Under the pieces are notes generated by a model. That model did no database searches and had not been told where the DNA came from. It saw only the letters and a program-made list of their open reading frames with translations. Shown one piece after another: positions 29,682 to 40,560 of a stretch of DNA of 64,000 bases. The DNA is taken from positions 83,463 to 147,462 of the forward strand of contig JBFMHM010000003.1 in the NCBI GenBank assembly GCA_040753015.1, in the 5' to 3' direction. Made by a program: the position numbers and the translations under genes. The DNA comes from Candidatus Omnitrophota bacterium (lineage in GTDB: Bacteria; Omnitrophota; Gorgyraeia; Gygaellales; JBFMHM01). Every line of letters begins with the position of its first letter. The stretch's first letter is position 1.

Positions 29682-30655
29682 GGCATCATATCACGCAGCT
29701 TACGGCCAGTCTCTTCTATCTTATGGCTATCGCCTTCAGTAATCAAACGGTTAAAGTTTGGACGGCCCGCTTCATTTTCTTTAATCCATTCCTTAGCAAA
29801 TTTGCCTTTTTGAATTTCTTTTAATATTTTCTTCATTTCTTTGCGCGTTTTATCTGTGATAATACGTGGACCGCGGGTCAAATCCCCATAACAAGCAGTA
29901 TTTGAAACACGCCTGCGCATTCCAGAGATACCATATTCTTGAATTAAATCCGTTATAAGTTTTAATTCATGTAAAACTTCAAAATAAGCAATCTCTGGTT
30001 GATAACCTGCTTCAATAAGTGTATCAAAACCAGCCTTGATTAATTCTGAAACACCACCGCAAAGAACTGCTTGCTCACCAAATAAATCTGTTTCGGTTTC
30101 TTCCTTAAAATTAGTTTCAATTACGCCAGCCTTTGTTGCACCAAGTGCTTTTGCATAGCTAAGAGCAATCTTTAAAGCATTGCCAGTTGCATCCTGATAA
30201 ATGGCAACTAATGATGGCACACCCTTTCCTTCTTCGTACATACGGCGCACTAAAGCTCCTGGGCCTTTGGGTGCAACCATAAACACATCTACATTTTTTG
30301 GCGGGCGAATTTGTTTAAAATGAATATTAAATCCATGAGAAAAACAAAGTGCTTTACCTTTTTTTAGATTTGGTTTAATTGCATCATTGTAAACTTTTGC
30401 CTGCACATGGTCTTGAGTTAAGATTTGAATGATATCAGCTTGTTTTGCCGCCTCTTCTGCTGAGACCGGCGCAAAACCATCGCGTATTGCGCTTTCAAAA
30501 TTTGGGGTTCCTTTTATTTCAGAAACAATAACATTAATTCCAGAATCTCTTAAACACAAACTTTGGCCTCTACCTTGAATACCGTAGCCAATAATTGCAA
30601 CTTTTTTATTTTTTAAAATATTTAGATCTGCGTCTTTATCATAATAAATCTTCAT
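29666..30655 (-). CDS. ilvC: Ketol-acid reductoisomerase
   Basis: [39 protein letters not shown]. Confidence 0.97.
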   Translation of the reverse strand: MKIYYDKDADLNILKNKKVAIIGYGIQGRGQSLCLRDSGINVIVSEIKGTPNFESAIRDGFAPVSAEEAAKQADIIQILTQDHVQAKVYNDAIKPNLKKGKALCFSHGFNIHFKQIRPPKNVDVFMVAPKGPGALVRRMYEEGKGVPSLVAIYQDATGNALKIALSYAKALGATKAGVIETNFKEETETDLFGEQAVLCGGVSELIKAGFDTLIEAGYQPEIAYFEVLHELKLITDLIQEYGISGMRRRVSNTACYGDLTRGPRIITDKTRKEMKKILKEIQKGKFAKEWIKENEAGRPNFNRLITEGDSHKIEETGRKLRDMMPWMKK

Positions 30656-30706
30656 TATGCCTCCTCGTTATTTTTTTATTAACTACCTAATCTTTCTAGA
30701 ATCATC

Positions 30707-31210
30707 TTATGAATGGAATCCGATTATTCTTCTTTCTTTATCTGACGACGGTTCCAATAATTGTTTAATAGCCTGAAAAACTATTACAAACTGCTTATCG
30801 TACTTTCTCTCCATTTCTTCAATCTTACGTTTAAGACTCACATTAGTTAAAAGCATGCGTCTTAATTGCGCAAAGGCACGCATAATTTGAATATTAACCA
30901 TAATTGCGCGCTCGCTATTCAGTACACTTGAAAGCATCGCTACGCCTTCCTGTGTAAAAACATAGGGAAAATATCTTCTTCCTCCTCGCTTTGAGGTCGC
31001 ATTTTGCGACCTCAAAAAATCCGCTTCTTCTTCTGTAAGTTGGAACATAAAATCTTCTGGAAATCTCTTTTTATTCCTTGCTACCTGCTCATTAAGCCGT
31101 TTTGTCCTTACTTCATAAAGTACAGCTAAATCACTATCTAACATTACCCTTTTACCGCGAATAATTAAAATCTTTGTGGCTATCGCTTCCGTCGGAACTA
31201 AATTAGACAT
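30707..31210 (-). CDS. ORF6N-domain DNA-binding protein
   Basis: IRGKRVMLDSDLAVLYEV, RFPEDFMFQL, PYVFTQEGVAMLSSVLNS, C-terminal IGF; probable ATG 31210. Confidence 0.9.
   Translation of the reverse strand: MSNLVPTEAIATKILIIRGKRVMLDSDLAVLYEVRTKRLNEQVARNKKRFPEDFMFQLTEEEADFLRSQNATSKRGGRRYFPYVFTQEGVAMLSSVLNSERAIMVNIQIMRAFAQLRRMLLTNVSLKRKIEEMERKYDKQFVIVFQAIKQLLEPSSDKERRIIGFHS
30990..31016. repeat. Perfect in-frame palindrome in ORF6N gene
   Basis: tttgaggtcgca-ttt-tgcgacctcaaa, 12-bp arms, encodes LRSQNATSK. Confidence 0.88.
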
Positions 31211-31230
31211 ACCTATTTCCCCATCGATTT

Positions 31231-31731
31231 TTATTGTTCGTGGCCTGGTCCACTCATGACACATTCTTTACAATTAATGGCTTCTTGAAGGACATTTGTT
31301 ACTTCCTTACTGTTAATCATATATTTTCTTTTTCCTCCGGAATCCATTTTCAAATTAGTTGTTTGACCATTTTCTGATTTAATAGGCATAGTATCTCTAT
31401 ATTCTTGAACCATGGCTTTTACAAATTCTGGCGATAATTTGCATTCCATCTTACCACCACCTGGTAATTCTTGAATATAATGGCACCTATCTCCTTCCTT
31501 GCCAATTATCTCTCTTGTAAGCGTCTGCCCGCTGAAAGGATCCATAGTTTTACATTTAAAAGGCTCACCTTTTTCTAATTTATCTGGAAATTCTTTACAA
31601 TATTCTCCCGAAAGAAGCTTCATTTGTTCTTCACTTATAGATATTCCTTCTTGAGCTTCTGCAAAATAGAAACAAACAAGAAAAAGCAATATCACTATAT
31701 TTAAACAAATTATTTTTTTAAACATCTTCAT
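31231..31731 (-). CDS. Hypothetical exported Cys-containing protein
   Basis: Signal peptide ending AEA; six Cys in the mature part. Confidence 0.6.
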   Translation of the reverse strand: MKMFKKIICLNIVILLFLVCFYFAEAQEGISISEEQMKLLSGEYCKEFPDKLEKGEPFKCKTMDPFSGQTLTREIIGKEGDRCHYIQELPGGGKMECKLSPEFVKAMVQEYRDTMPIKSENGQTTNLKMDSGGKRKYMINSKEVTNVLQEAINCKECVMSGPGHEQ

Positions 31732-31746
31732 TCTCTTCCCCTTCCA

Positions 31747-32208
31747 TTAAGATTCCATCGCAATTTTGCCAGTTTTAACCAGCTCTATAACCTTAAAGTC
31801 GCCTATATCATTCATAAAATTTTTTATCTGATTTTCATCACCCATAATCTCAATTACAAAATAATCTTTTTTTGCCTCAATAATTTTTGCCGGGTATTTT
31901 ATAACAATATCTTTAATTTTATCTTTCGCTTCAATTTTAATTAATATTAGCTCGCGGGCAATATAATCTTTTCTTGTAAAATCCGTCACACTAATAACAT
32001 CAATTAATTTATTAAGCTGTTTTTTGATCTGTTCTAAAACTTTTTCATCTTCAGCATTAACCACAATTGTCATATAAGAAACTGCTTCGTCTTGAGTTTC
32101 GGAAACCGCTAACGATGAAATATTATAGCCGCGAGCGCTAAAAAGCCCAGCCACTCTAGCCAAAACGCCAAATTTATTTTCAACTAATACAGATATTGTG
32201 TGTTTCAT
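31747..32208 (-). CDS. ilvN: Acetolactate synthase small subunit
   Basis: MKHTISVLVENKFGVLARVAGLFSARGYNI ACT domain. Confidence 0.93.
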   Translation of the reverse strand: MKHTISVLVENKFGVLARVAGLFSARGYNISSLAVSETQDEAVSYMTIVVNAEDEKVLEQIKKQLNKLIDVISVTDFTRKDYIARELILIKIEAKDKIKDIVIKYPAKIIEAKKDYFVIEIMGDENQIKNFMNDIGDFKVIELVKTGKIAMES

Positions 32209-32209
32209 T

Positions 32210-33883
32210 TTACGCTAATCCGCTAATCATTTTATTTATCGGCTCTCCTGCAGGTACCATTGGATAAACGTTTTCTTCTCTTTCAACACGGAAATCAATC
32301 ATTACCGGTTTATCCTTAATAGATAATGCTTTCTTGATTGCTTGTTTTACATCGGATTTTCTTGTAATTTTCATGCCGATTGCGCCAAAACTTTGTGCAA
32401 GCTTAACAAAATCCGGATTACACAATGGTGTCTGAGAATACCTTTTTTTATAAAAAAGCTCCTGCCATTGCCTAACCATACCTAAATAACAATTATTTAA
32501 AATTGCAATCTTTATTGGTAATTTATTAACAACTGCTGTCATCATCTCTTGAATATTCATCTGTATTGAGCCATCTCCGGCGATATTAAAGACGGTTTTT
32601 TTAGGACATCCTAATTGGGCACCAATTGCTGCAGGCATTCCATAACCCATCGTGCCCAAACCACCACTAGAAATAAATGTACGTGGTTTTGTATATTTAT
32701 ACCACTGAGCTGCCCACATTTGATGCTGGCCAACTTCAGTACAAATTATAGCATCACCATGAGTTTGGCGGTTAATTTCTTCGATGATAAATTGTGGTTT
32801 TATCCCATCAGTTTTTCTATATTTTAAGGGATGACGAGCCTTCCATTCACTAATAGTTTTTAGCCACTCTCTTGTATCGGGTTTTTTTGTTATGAATTCT
32901 ACTAATTCTCTTAAAACATTTTTTGCATCGCCAACTACAGGTATATCAACACGAATATTCTTGCTAATTGATGTAGGGTCAATATCAATATGAATTATTT
33001 TTGCATAAGGCGCAAATGTATCAGTGCGGCCTGTAACACGATCGTCGAAACGTGCACCAATCGCAATAATACAATCTGCCTCCATTATCGCATGATTTGC
33101 ATAAGCTGTACCATGCATACCTAACATCTTTAGAGAAAGCGGGTGTGTTTCATCAAAACCACCAAGCCCCATAAGCGTAGTCGTAACTGGGCTTTGAATT
33201 TTCTCTGCAAGTATTTTTAACTCTTTCTCCGCTTGCGATATAATAATCCCGCCGCCTGCATAAATTATAGGCTTTTTGGCTTTTTCAATTAATTTAGCCG
33301 CTTTTTTAATCTGCCCGGGATGGCCAAAATAATTCGGATTATAGCTTCTAATCGTTATTTTCTCTGGCCAGATAAATTCAGCTTCTTTAATTTGCACATC
33401 CGAGGGAATATCGACAAGCACAGGCCCAGGGCGCCCTGTCGAAGCAATATAAAATGCCTCACGAATAACTTGGGCTAGATCTTCGGTTCTTTTAACTAAA
33501 AAATTATGTTTAGTAATTGGCCGGGTAATACCTGTTAAATCTGCTTCTTGAAAAGCGTCATTACCAATTAAATTAGTTTTAACTTGGCCAGTAAATGCCA
33601 CCATAGGTATTGAATCCATATAGGCAGTTGCAATACCAGTAATAAGGTTAGTTGCGCCGGGCCCGCTAGTTGCAAGGCACACGCCAACTTTTCCAGTTGC
33701 CCGAGCATAACCATCAGCTGCGTGCGCTGCGCCTTGCTCATGACGCGTTAAAATAAATTTTAATTTGGCATCATAAAGTTTATCAAAAATAGGCAAAACC
33801 TGACCGCCAGGGTAGCCAAAAATTATTTCAACTCCCTCACGCTTTAAACACTCAATAAATATCTGTGCACCCGATAATTTCAT
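32210..33883 (-). CDS. ilvB: Acetolactate synthase large subunit
   Basis: [34 protein letters not shown] motif. Confidence 0.96.
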   Translation of the reverse strand: MKLSGAQIFIECLKREGVEIIFGYPGGQVLPIFDKLYDAKLKFILTRHEQGAAHAADGYARATGKVGVCLATSGPGATNLITGIATAYMDSIPMVAFTGQVKTNLIGNDAFQEADLTGITRPITKHNFLVKRTEDLAQVIREAFYIASTGRPGPVLVDIPSDVQIKEAEFIWPEKITIRSYNPNYFGHPGQIKKAAKLIEKAKKPIIYAGGGIIISQAEKELKILAEKIQSPVTTTLMGLGGFDETHPLSLKMLGMHGTAYANHAIMEADCIIAIGARFDDRVTGRTDTFAPYAKIIHIDIDPTSISKNIRVDIPVVGDAKNVLRELVEFITKKPDTREWLKTISEWKARHPLKYRKTDGIKPQFIIEEINRQTHGDAIICTEVGQHQMWAAQWYKYTKPRTFISSGGLGTMGYGMPAAIGAQLGCPKKTVFNIAGDGSIQMNIQEMMTAVVNKLPIKIAILNNCYLGMVRQWQELFYKKRYSQTPLCNPDFVKLAQSFGAIGMKITRKSDVKQAIKKALSIKDKPVMIDFRVEREENVYPMVPAGEPINKMISGLA

Positions 33884-33938
33884 ATCTTATATTTTCCCAA
33901 TAACTACTTTTTATTTTTCTTTAAATAAATGAAAAAAA

Positions 33939-34787
33939 TTATTTGATTTTTAATAATTTATTATTCTGCGAATGCGCAAGATAATTCTGTTTACTAATTA
34001 CGCTCTTGCCAGTTTTATGCTCGAGTTCAATACGCGCATTTTTAGCGATCTTTCCGCCTTTTACAGCAGGAACTTTATTTTCTTCTAATCCATCAGCACC
34101 AATCGTTTCTGCAATTTGCCGAGTTGAAAGTTCAGCAAGAGCAGTAAAGATAAGCTCTGCTTCAGTCATATGATCGCGTAAATTTTCAGTTTTCAATTTT
34201 TTTAATTGTTTATGCTGTTTTATGGATAAATCACTCCATTCTTGATGAATAATATTAGTTAATATGGCATATTCATCCTGTTCTTTTACATCGTGATTTT
34301 TCCAATAATCAGTTAATTTATTTCTTGTTTCCTGGCCCATCATCCTTTGCTGAATCCACTTTTCGCTTCGCCCTAATTTTTGCCAATATTCCCGCGCACG
34401 ATTTAATGATTTTTCTGGATCGGAAATTTCTTGTATTCGTTCATGCCCAACTTTGGCAAGCCATAACTTAATAGGTTCGGCTTTTGGACTAGGCACAGAC
34501 TGAATTACGCGAAACAGGGTTTGAATATCTGCCAAATCCGTAAAACGCATTTTTCCATCTTCGGCCTTTAATTTCAAACGGTGACATTTTGTCACCGCTT
34601 CACTGCCCTCTTTACGAAGCCGCTGCGAAAGCTTATTCCAATATTTTCTCGCAGTTTGATAATCAAGTTGACCTGTTAAAACTTGAACAATATCAACCAC
34701 GGAAAAATACCATTTTTCTTGTTTCTCATCCCAAATTCTTCTAATTTTTCTGCCTTGAAAAATAGCAACTTTATTATCTTTTTTCAT
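33939..34787 (-). CDS. Bro-N domain protein (phage antirepressor-like)
   Basis: KIRRIWDE..EKWYFSVVDIV, DGKMR.TD, IQSVPSPKAEPIKLWLA, NLRDHMT. Confidence 0.85.
   Translation of the reverse strand: MKKDNKVAIFQGRKIRRIWDEKQEKWYFSVVDIVQVLTGQLDYQTARKYWNKLSQRLRKEGSEAVTKCHRLKLKAEDGKMRFTDLADIQTLFRVIQSVPSPKAEPIKLWLAKVGHERIQEISDPEKSLNRAREYWQKLGRSEKWIQQRMMGQETRNKLTDYWKNHDVKEQDEYAILTNIIHQEWSDLSIKQHKQLKKLKTENLRDHMTEAELIFTALAELSTRQIAETIGADGLEENKVPAVKGGKIAKNARIELEHKTGKSVISKQNYLAHSQNNKLLKIK
34579..34597. repeat. Perfect in-frame palindrome in Bro-N gene
   Basis: cggtgaca-ttt-tgtcaccg, encodes AVTKCHR. Confidence 0.75.
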
Positions 34788-34788
34788 A

Positions 34789-36441
34789 TTAAGCTAACAC
34801 TGCGCCTTTATCTGCAGAGCTTACTAATTTGGAATACCTAGTTAAATAACCTTTCTTAATCTTTGGCTCAATTGGTTTCCAATTTTCAAATCTTTTTTTG
34901 ATTTCTAAATCGCTTAGCTTAACTTCTATTTTTCGTTTTGGAATATTAATACTTATTATATCGCCATCTCTTAAAATTGCAATTGGCCCACCCGCGCTTG
35001 CCTCGGGAGAAACATGCCCGATACAAGGGCCTTTTGTACCACCGGAAAATCTACCGTCGGTAATAAGAGCAACAGAATCGGCTAAACCCATGCCAACAAT
35101 TGCCGCGGTTGGCGCAAGCATCTCACGCATACCTGGCCCGCCGCTTGGGCCTTCATAGCGGATTACAACTATATCACCGCTTTTAATCTTACCGCCTAAT
35201 ATTGCTTTCATTGCTTCTTCTTCTTGATTAAATACAGCCGCACGGCCGGTAAACTTCATCATTTTTGAGTTTACCGCAGCCTGTTTTACCACTGCTCCAT
35301 TTGGCGCAAGATTACCAAACAACACCGCAAGGCCGCCTTGTTTATGATATGCTTGCCCGAGAGACCTGATTACATCTTCGTCAAAAATTTTTGCCTCATC
35401 AGCAATTTCAAAAACTCTTTTACCAGATAAAGTTAATGTATTATTTAACATTGTCTTTAAGCGCTTTAATACCGCAGGAATTCCTCCGGAATATTCTAGA
35501 TCTTCCATAAAATGCGGGCCTGCTGGTTCTAAATTAGTAATATGTGGAGTATTTTTGCTAATATCATCAAAAGTTTTTAACTTTAAATTAACACCTGCCT
35601 CATTGGCAATTGCCATCAAATGCAAAACGGTGTTGCTAGAACCACCAAGCGCCATATCAACTACAATTGCATTATTTAAAGACTGCTCGTTGATTATATC
35701 TAATGGTTTAATATTTCTTTTGACTAATTCAACAATGCGTTCACCGCTGCCTAAAGCAATGCGCCGTTTTTTTGCAGAAATTGCAAGCGCTGTTGCGCAA
35801 CCCGGTAAAGACATACCTAAAGTTTCTGTAAGGCAAGCCATCGTATTTGCTGTGTATAAACCCTGACAAGAACCAGCACCTGGGCAGGCCTCTAACTCAA
35901 TACAAGATAATTCTTGTTCGCTGATTTCGCCTTTTTTTGCTCTGCCTAATGCCTCATAAGTATCGTGAACAAAAGCAAGTTTCTTTTTATCATAGCGGCC
36001 AGACAACATCGGCCCAGCAGTTAGAATTATTGCTGGGATATTTAACCGCGTAACACCCATAAGCATACCTGGAGTAATTTTATCACAATTAGTTAAACAA
36101 ATAATACCGTCTAACTGATGAGCGTTACAGACTGTTTCAATAGTATCGGCAACAATTTCGCGCAGTGCTAAGGGATAGCACATGCCTAAATGCCCCATAG
36201 CAATTCCATCGCAAATTCCCGGAACACCAAAGAAAAACGGTACTCCTCCACCATAACAAATTCCCCGCTCAATAAAACGCTCTAAATCACGCATGCCAAT
36301 ATGGCCGGGAATAAGGTCGGTAAAAGATGTAGCCACACCAATAAACGGCCTATCTAAATCTCTCTTGGATAATCCTGTTGCATGTAAAAGTGCACGGTGT
36401 GGAACACGCTCCAAACCCTTTTTAATTATATCTGAACGCAT
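34789..36441 (-). CDS. ilvD: Dihydroxy-acid dehydratase
   Basis: [42 protein letters not shown]. Confidence 0.97.
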   Translation of the reverse strand: MRSDIIKKGLERVPHRALLHATGLSKRDLDRPFIGVATSFTDLIPGHIGMRDLERFIERGICYGGGVPFFFGVPGICDGIAMGHLGMCYPLALREIVADTIETVCNAHQLDGIICLTNCDKITPGMLMGVTRLNIPAIILTAGPMLSGRYDKKKLAFVHDTYEALGRAKKGEISEQELSCIELEACPGAGSCQGLYTANTMACLTETLGMSLPGCATALAISAKKRRIALGSGERIVELVKRNIKPLDIINEQSLNNAIVVDMALGGSSNTVLHLMAIANEAGVNLKLKTFDDISKNTPHITNLEPAGPHFMEDLEYSGGIPAVLKRLKTMLNNTLTLSGKRVFEIADEAKIFDEDVIRSLGQAYHKQGGLAVLFGNLAPNGAVVKQAAVNSKMMKFTGRAAVFNQEEEAMKAILGGKIKSGDIVVIRYEGPSGGPGMREMLAPTAAIVGMGLADSVALITDGRFSGGTKGPCIGHVSPEASAGGPIAILRDGDIISINIPKRKIEVKLSDLEIKKRFENWKPIEPKIKKGYLTRYSKLVSSADKGAVLA

Positions 36442-36457
36442 TAATTATCACCTTTCG

Positions 36458-37459
36458 TTATACCAACTCAAACTGTGATTGAGATATCTCTTGTTTATTT
36501 TCTTTTCTATAAAAAAGACTCGATTCTTTTTCTTCGTCAATTTCCTTTAACCTTCTATCTGCTATCTTCACATATTCACTATTTGCATCTATCCCAATAT
36601 ATTTCTTCCCTAATATTTTAGCCGCAACAGCCGTAGTCCCACTCCCAACAAAAGGATCTAAAATTATAGCATCCCTAGAGAAACTAGAAATCTTTATTAA
36701 ATATTCGCAAATGGCTAATGGTTTTACAGTCTTATGCGTATTATAACCCCCTTTTTCTTTTTTCGTCGGTTTTGGCAAAAGAAAAGTTTTATCTATAAGT
36801 TCATTGATGCCCTGTACCGTAAAAACATTTGCTGGATACATATTGTTACCAATTTTAACCCTAGTATTTAATAACCCTACTTGGTGCTCCAGGATATTAT
36901 TCAAATATGTCTTATCTACGGGTTTTTGAGCCAATGCTATAGGTTCGAAGCAAGATTTAATCTGTGGAGTCTTCCAACCACTCAATCTTTCTTTAATTTT
37001 ATTTCTTGTCTTAATATCTGTATCCATTTTTTCTATTAAATGATCAAGGCCCATTGCTTTTGCTTGATTCTGCGTATAAAGCCACATAAAAGCATCTCTT
37101 ATTTCAAACCCAGCGTCATCGATAGCCGATGCCATCCTATGATAAAGCCGCGGGCTAGAAAAAGAAAAGAAGAAACCCCCTGGCTTTAAAATTCTAAAAA
37201 TCTCTTTTGAAATTTCAAGATACCAAATATAGAATCTCTTGCCTTGCTCTCTATCAAATTTCATTCCCGCAGGTAAAGATTTTATAGTATATTGATTGCT
37301 GTCATCGGAAACCTGCTCATAACTCCAGTTATTATCCAACTTATCTAAAAAATATGGGGGATCGGTCAAAACAACATCAATAGAATCTGTTTCTAGTTTT
37401 AGTAATATTTCTATTGCATCGGCGCAAATGATCCTATTAATAAAATCTCTATTCTTCAT
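36458..37459 (-). CDS. Site-specific DNA methyltransferase (N6-A/N4-C, beta class)
   Basis: DPPY near the N-terminus, H.TVKP and DPFVGSGT near the C-terminus. Confidence 0.9.
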   Translation of the reverse strand: MKNRDFINRIICADAIEILLKLETDSIDVVLTDPPYFLDKLDNNWSYEQVSDDSNQYTIKSLPAGMKFDREQGKRFYIWYLEISKEIFRILKPGGFFFSFSSPRLYHRMASAIDDAGFEIRDAFMWLYTQNQAKAMGLDHLIEKMDTDIKTRNKIKERLSGWKTPQIKSCFEPIALAQKPVDKTYLNNILEHQVGLLNTRVKIGNNMYPANVFTVQGINELIDKTFLLPKPTKKEKGGYNTHKTVKPLAICEYLIKISSFSRDAIILDPFVGSGTTAVAAKILGKKYIGIDANSEYVKIADRRLKEIDEEKESSLFYRKENKQEISQSQFELV

Positions 37460-37460
37460 T

Positions 37461-38200
37461 CTAAGTTATTTCGCTTGGATTCTGCCCTTTAAATTCATTA
37501 TACAGTATTCTATAAACTTTTTTACGAATATCTAAATCACAAGTTTTTATAACTTGTGGATTTGCTAACCTTATAACACGACCTTTGTTATCGTAAACCC
37601 ATCTATTCCTATCACCCCTATTGCATTTTTGACACTGCGGAATAATATTGCCAATAACTAAAGGCTTATTAGGTTCATATGCGCCTTTTGTAGAATAGTT
37701 TTCGTTGCCGGCCAATGAAAATGCGGCTTACTTTCTTGCGAACCACAAGTTGCACACCTAAGATTATATTTTTCTTTTATCTTCTTCCAATTCCCTGTAT
37801 CATTTATCCTATGGCCTCTTTTAAAAGAAGGATATGGTTCCTCCAAAGTATATAATTGATACGCGCCACGCTCTATGTTTAAAACAATGTTATCTCTTCC
37901 GCCAGAAACTATCCACCACCCACTTTGTGCACCTAAATGCCTTGCTTGTTGAACATCGTTCGTATTCGGATAATAACTTCTCACAAACTTAGTTAATTCT
38001 TCTTTACTTACTTTCCTTGTATTTGGATAATCATACGCCAAATAAACCAAGACAAGAGCATCTTTAGTGAAATTATTATTCTTATCATAGAGTTTAGGTA
38101 ATTTTACTCCAAATTTCCTTAAATATTTTTCATGAAACTCTTGTAGAGTTTTATAAATGCTCGCGATTGACTTTTTATTTAAAATTAGACTATCCAGCAT
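37461..38200 (-). pseudogene. HNH restriction endonuclease split by a 1-bp frameshift
   Basis: ORF 37658-38200 has CATC..AH; ORF 37461-37715 has PNKPL..GNI..CQKCN; one extra base at about 37672-37675 joins them as AHMxPNKPL. Confidence 0.8.
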
Positions 38201-38221
38201 ATGATTATAGATATTCTATCC

Positions 38222-39565
38222 CTAATCTGCTCCCTCAGCATCTCTTTCCACTACTTCAGCCGGCCCCTTTCTCAATCTTGATATAACCCGCTTTACCTTA
38301 ATATATTTACTAACCAAATCTTTAGTATTAATCACATTTAATTTTTTAAAAAGAAAATCAAATTTTTCTTCAACTTCCCCAGCAATCTTATCACGTATCG
38401 CGCTATCTAAATTCATGATTTCTTTTTTAAACTGGCCAAAAGCTTTTTTACGTGTAGAATAATAAAATTGCTCGTCAGTTTGATCAGGTTTTCTTTCGCT
38501 ACTGCACGCCTCTTTTAGCCAAGCATAAATTTTATTCTTTAAATCAACTGGGAAATTAGGGCTGTCGAAAACCATATTCTGAAACTGGGTTGCCAAATGC
38601 ACCTCTAGTGTTCCAACTTCAGGAAATTTGCCAAATGCATCATCAGGCAAAGTTGAGGCGCCATGCTGCACAGCGCCACCTAAACCAAATTCTTCTCTTG
38701 AAATTTTAGAAAGTGTTTTTAAGGTATCGAAATCAAGTTTAACTTGAGCGATTGTCCCATCTGGTAACACTACGCCGCCATGAGATGTACCAGTTTGTAC
38801 GCTAATTTTTGAAATTCCAATACGCCCTTTTCTTAATCTTTCTTTATACCCATTCATAAATGCGCGCAGCTCTTCTGGTGTTGAGTTTGCCTTACCAACT
38901 TCACCAATCTCACCACCCACAGATACAGTTATACCTTTTGGTTCAATCTGACGGATAAATTGAGTAAGTTTTGCGCAAACTTCAAAATTTAACTCTTGCT
39001 CTTTTTCAATAGAACCCTTAGTTAAATCGACGAGTGTTGACGAATCAATATCAATATTATAGAATCCTGCATCAATAGCTTCTTGAATTAATTTTTTTAA
39101 CCCCTCGAGCTCATTCTCTGAATTTTCTTTATATTTTTTTGGATTAACCTGAGTATGGTCTGCCTGAATAAATACCGGGCCAGAATATTCTTCTCGCACA
39201 GCTGCACCTAAAATTACTGATACATACTCTAAAGGGCTCTGATCAGTATAACCCATCTCCGATTTTGCAATTTCAAAAATGAACGTACCGGAGTTATTGC
39301 GTTTAGCAACACGAAATATTGCCCTTGCTAAATCATAAGTTAGGCCTCTAAGGTTAATTGCTGGTACCGTAAATCCGCTAAATTCACCTCGGCCTGCGGC
39401 CATATATAAATCATTTATGGATGATGAATATACCCCCTGCTTATAGGCGATATCTTTAATTTTTTTACCAAGCCTTTCCTTTAACACAATATCACTAGAT
39501 GTAACTAAACTTATAACTAATTTATCCATATCTAACTTTGGCCTGCCTCTTACCATCTCTTTCAT
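38222..39565 (-). CDS. Class II fructose-bisphosphate aldolase family protein
   Basis: VPAINLR, ADH, GGEIGEVG, GTSHG, QHGASTLP; follows pfkA. Confidence 0.85.
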   Translation of the reverse strand: MKEMVRGRPKLDMDKLVISLVTSSDIVLKERLGKKIKDIAYKQGVYSSSINDLYMAAGRGEFSGFTVPAINLRGLTYDLARAIFRVAKRNNSGTFIFEIAKSEMGYTDQSPLEYVSVILGAAVREEYSGPVFIQADHTQVNPKKYKENSENELEGLKKLIQEAIDAGFYNIDIDSSTLVDLTKGSIEKEQELNFEVCAKLTQFIRQIEPKGITVSVGGEIGEVGKANSTPEELRAFMNGYKERLRKGRIGISKISVQTGTSHGGVVLPDGTIAQVKLDFDTLKTLSKISREEFGLGGAVQHGASTLPDDAFGKFPEVGTLEVHLATQFQNMVFDSPNFPVDLKNKIYAWLKEACSSERKPDQTDEQFYYSTRKKAFGQFKKEIMNLDSAIRDKIAGEVEEKFDFLFKKLNVINTKDLVSKYIKVKRVISRLRKGPAEVVERDAEGAD

Positions 39566-39569
39566 CTCC

Positions 39570-40544
39570 TTATCTTAATGTATCTAATAAACTATGATAC
39601 CTTGCTAATTTTATTTTTTTCTTTTTTATTGCGGTTTTAAAATCAACAAATATAATTTTTCCATCTTTTGTGCCAACTACTTTATTAAATTCACCTTGGC
39701 ATAAGCAATTTATTGCTGCATGGCTTAAAATTAAAGCTATCGTCCTGCTTAACGCCGTAGGCCTACCGCCGCGTTGAATGTGACCTAAAACAATCGCACG
39801 AGTCTCAAGGCCTGTAATATCATTAATTTTTTTCGCTATATCTTGTGCCTTTGCCGCACCCTCTGCTGTAATTATAATCCAGCTTATCTTTCCTCTAATA
39901 TTGCCTTCAACGATATTATCACAAATTTTATCAATATCAACTTTATGTTCTGGAATTATAGCATCTTCGCAGCCACCGGCTAAAGCGACTTCAAGCGCAA
40001 TAAAACCACAATCCCTACCCATAACCTCGACAACAAAAACCCTTTCCATAGAAGTTGCTGTATCCCGTATATTATCAATTGCCATAAGAGCAGTATTAAC
40101 AGCCGTGTCTGAACCAATCGTAATATCAATACCATTAACATCATTATCAATAGATGCAGGAATGCCAATAGAAGGAACTTTAAAATTTTTATAGAAAGAA
40201 TGTGCGGCTGTAAAACTACCATTTCCCCCAATAACCACTAAAGCATCAATAGAATGTTTTTTTATAACTTCGTACGCTCTTTTTTGACCATCTTTTGTGT
40301 GAAACTCTTTAGAACGAGCGGTCTTTAATATCGTGCCACCTTGATTAATAATCCCTGAAACAGAACGATGATTAAAGAATTTTAGATCCTCATTCATCAA
40401 CCCTGCCCAACCACGAAATACCCCCATTACTTCTATCTTACTAGATAAAGCACATCTAACAACTCCACGGATAGCCGCATTCATTCCTGGAGCATCCCCG
40501 CCAGTAGTTAGTACTGCAATACGTTTTATTTTTGATTTTTGCAT
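39570..40544 (-). CDS. pfkA: ATP-dependent 6-phosphofructokinase
   Basis: TTGGDAPGMNA, GGTILKTAR, SIDND, EVMGR, LGHIQRGG. Confidence 0.95.
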   Translation of the reverse strand: MQKSKIKRIAVLTTGGDAPGMNAAIRGVVRCALSSKIEVMGVFRGWAGLMNEDLKFFNHRSVSGIINQGGTILKTARSKEFHTKDGQKRAYEVIKKHSIDALVVIGGNGSFTAAHSFYKNFKVPSIGIPASIDNDVNGIDITIGSDTAVNTALMAIDNIRDTATSMERVFVVEVMGRDCGFIALEVALAGGCEDAIIPEHKVDIDKICDNIVEGNIRGKISWIIITAEGAAKAQDIAKKINDITGLETRAIVLGHIQRGGRPTALSRTIALILSHAAINCLCQGEFNKVVGTKDGKIIFVDFKTAIKKKKIKLARYHSLLDTLR

Positions 40545-40560
40545 TTTGATTATTGATTTT
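40524..40560 (-). repeat. Heptamer array overlapping the pfkA start
   Basis: Minus strand aaaatca ataatca aaATGca aaaatca aaaataa; same type as 26761-26808. Confidence 0.7.

Noticed and set aside
30707-34787. Prophage suggested by ORF6N and Bro-N genes
   Set aside because: No structural, terminase or integrase genes; both sit singly between ilv genes.
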